NCBI GenBank assembly: GCA_040954595.2
Contig: CM082579.2
Coordinates: forward strand, 15,786,550 to 15,850,549
DNA: 64,000 nt
Origin: Balanoglossus misakiensis
Taxonomy: Eukaryota; Animalia; Hemichordata
Direction of reading: 5' to 3'
Part shown: positions 63,431-64,000 of the stretch, piece by piece
Position numbering within the stretch: the stretch's first letter is position 1
How the letters are laid out: each line of letters starts with the position of its first letter
The notes under the pieces: generated by a model
Told to the model about the DNA's origin: nothing
Database searches by the model: none
What the model saw: the letters and a program-made list of their open reading frames with translations, nothing else
Made by a program: the position numbers and the translations under genes

Positions 63431-64000
63431 ATGCCAAACTCAGTAAATGACATAGATGATGACATTTTCACAGTTACAAATCATATACTAGAACCGTCAA
63501 CATTTAATGATAAATTTAGCTCTAGATCCAGCCATTCTTTCTCAGTATCTCATATTAATGCAAGATCTCTCTGTAATAGTATAGACGATGTACGTCTCCT
63601 GTATAATGAATGTATCACCAGTCCTTTTCGCATTATTGGTGTTTCAGAAACCTGGCAAATCAATAATCCAACTTTTTTTAATTTGCCAAATTACTCTTTT
63701 GAGTTAAATAGCAGAAACATCGGTCGGGGTGGCGGGGTAGGGGCATATATTCATTGTTGTCTTAAATACAAACTGTTAAACTTTAATGTGGTTCATTCTG
63801 AATCACTATGGTTTGAAATATGCGGGTTAAAGAATCTCATAGTTGTCGGTGTGTTATATCGCAAACCAGGAACTAGTGTCACAGAGTTTGAAGACAGTCT
63901 TTTTAATGTTCTTTGTTCTTTGAAACTGGATAAAAAACATTGTATTCTTATGGGTGACTTTAATATTGATGTGTCAAGTCCAGATTCAAGTGCTCGGGAT
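63431..64000 (+). CDS. LINE ORF2 N-terminus, APE-type endonuclease (truncated by window end)
   Basis: Open for 190 codons from ATG 63431: HINARSL, IIGVSETW, GRGGGVGAYI, ESLWFEI, VGVLYRKP, ILMGDFNID. Absent from the supplied track because it has no stop in the window. Confidence 0.93.
   Translation, partial: MPNSVNDIDDDIFTVTNHILEPSTFNDKFSSRSSHSFSVSHINARSLCNSIDDVRLLYNECITSPFRIIGVSETWQINNPTFFNLPNYSFELNSRNIGRGGGVGAYIHCCLKYKLLNFNVVHSESLWFEICGLKNLIVVGVLYRKPGTSVTEFEDSLFNVLCSLKLDKKHCILMGDFNIDVSSPDSSARD

Larger units (their letters stand above)
45721..64000. mobile_element. Putative large IS3EU-like DNA transposon (left end and internal region; right end beyond window)
   Basis: Sharp mid-monomer break of the satellite (CATGACAGAC|TATGGAAAGCCG). 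A TAY terminus is what I recall for the IS3EU superfamily. Subterminal tandem repeats follow, and IS3EU-like transposase exons lie at 60975-61894. The matching TIR and TSD are not visible in the window. Confidence 0.6.
62230..64000 (+). mobile_element. CR1-group LINE, 5' portion, continuing beyond the window
   Basis: 5' UTR, ORF1 and the APE endonuclease start of ORF2. The 5' boundary is approximate. Confidence 0.88.

Overview
Eukaryotic, AT-rich animal-like DNA (spliceosomal introns, LINEs, satellite); the taxon cannot be named from the sequence. Bases 1-45720 are a composite tandem satellite with a ~2.05 kb unit: a block of ~81-bp GC-rich monomers, a ~230-bp unique segment ending in a poly-G run, and an AT-rich ~940-bp block. 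At the left it is organised as a near-identical ~4.09 kb higher-order repeat. Two retroelements sit in it: a 5'-truncated L2-type LINE (24199-24864) and an apparently intact Ngaro-type tyrosine-recombinase retrotransposon with split direct repeats (30577-36547), integrated through a shared TGCTT core. At 45721 the satellite breaks mid-monomer into TATGGAAAGCC, followed by subterminal tandem repeats, an intronless BTB-BACK-PHR gene with two nonsense codons, an 8-exon gene ending in a UBX-like domain, and convergent exons of an IS3EU-like DDE transposase. A CR1-type LINE runs off the window end. The best candidate for an undescribed system is that 45721 to beyond 64000 is one giant (>18 kb) IS3EU-like DNA transposon carrying ubiquitin-pathway cargo; its right end is not in the window, so this is an inference. 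All family and domain calls are by-eye motif recognition, not database searches.
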